Source: Reclinomonas americana ATCC 50394 | Taxonomy: Eukaryota | Reading direction: 5' to 3' | DNA length: 47,931 bases | NCBI GenBank assembly: GCA_048213135.1 | Contig: PS015462.1 | Location: 1 to 47,931, forward strand | Shown here: positions 47,201-47,931 of the stretch, one piece after another | Position numbering within the stretch: the stretch's first letter is position 1 | Layout: every line of letters starts with the position of its first letter | The notes under the pieces: generated by a model | Database searches by the model: none | What the model was told of the DNA's origin: nothing | Seen by the model: only the letters and a program-made list of their open reading frames with translations | Translations under genes and position numbers: made by a program

Positions 47201-47931
47201 NNNNNNNNNNNNNNNNNNNNNNNNNNNNNNNNNNNNNNNNNNNNNNNNNNNNNNNNNNNNNNNNNNNNNNNNNNNNNNNNNNNNNNNNNNNNNNNNNNNN
47301 NNNNNNNNNNNNNNNNNNNNNNNNNNNNNNNNNNNNNNNNNNNNNNNNNNNNNNNNNNNNNNNNNNNNNNNNNNNNNNNNNNNNNNNNNNNNNNNNNNNN
47401 NNNNNNNNNNNNNNNNNNNNNNNNNNNNNNNNNNNNNNNNNNNNNNNNNNNNNNNNNNNNNNNNNNNNNNNNNNNNNNNNNNNNNNNNNNNNNNNNNNNN
47501 NNNNNNNNNNNNNNNNNNNNNNNNNNNNNNNNNNNNNNNNNNNNNNNNNNNNNNNNNNNNNNNNNNNNNNNNNNNNNNNNNNNNNNNNNNNNNNNNNNNN
47601 NNNNNNNNNNNNNNNNNNNNNNNNNNNNNNNNNNNNNNNNNNNNNNNNNNNNTATGCACCCAAGCTGGAGGGAGCAAGCGCCAAACCCTTGCGCGCAGCA
47701 AATGAGCCTTGTGCTTGTAGTCATCGTAGTCGTCGGACTTGCCCATCTCGAACAGTGCCGCATCCACCCACTCCAGGGCCTTGTCCGTTGCTCCCAGCAT
47801 CACAGCCACACGGGCAGCCACCACCAAGCTCGGAACGTGTGAGTGATCCGAATCGACGGCCTTTTGCAGCGCGTCGAGGGCCTTGTGCATGTCGCCCAAC
47901 TCCATGTGTACCTTGCCGAGTACTGCACAAC
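44291..47931 (-). CDS. Multi-TPR protein; 5' end outside the window, spans gap 46951-47652
   Basis: Repeated TPR units (ALEHYTKAIKCAP...VYLSRSMVLDELGRAEESAADWSKAVDLDP; DANLYLRRSQVFERMEQFDAAIEDLTQVL). About 11 introns, ends DLTT*. Confidence 0.85.

Noticed and set aside
55-47931. Alternative genetic code or stop-codon readthrough
   Set aside because: Every in-frame stop I checked falls inside a GT-AG intron, and genes end in TAA or TGA normally.
55-47931. U12-type (AT-AC, GTATCCT) or GC-AG introns
   Set aside because: None was needed to restore reading frames in the visible sequence.

Overview
Gene-dense, intron-rich nuclear DNA from a microbial eukaryote, in a draft scaffold with about 9 N-gaps. 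The six-frame ORF track is mostly misleading because the genes are split by about 120 short GT-AG introns (mostly 55-110 nt, with CTCAC/CTGAC-like branch points and (CA)n/(GA)n microsatellites). Splicing by hand gives about 14 genes: RalGAP-alpha, a C2-WW protein, a secreted SUEL-lectin/EGF protein, RIIAD1, an EamA/DMT transporter, HOP2 with a long N-terminal extension, a large secreted EGF/BNR-propeller protein, a myristoylated EF-hand protein, an intronless prokaryote-type DUF2231 protein, kinesin-1, a small coiled-coil protein, a Myb-like/RING-H2 protein, a 4E-T-like/RRM protein and a TPR protein. The most striking signal is in the introns. About 36 of ~120 donors carry an extra T, so the usual motif is shifted by one base (GT-T-GCG/ACG/GAG/GTG/CAG, conserved G at +6 instead of +5). 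Of these 36, 35 follow an exon that does not end in G, while exons ending in G almost always have the unshifted donor. This looks like a second, context-dependent 5' splice-site class. All counts are manual and the gene models have no transcript support.
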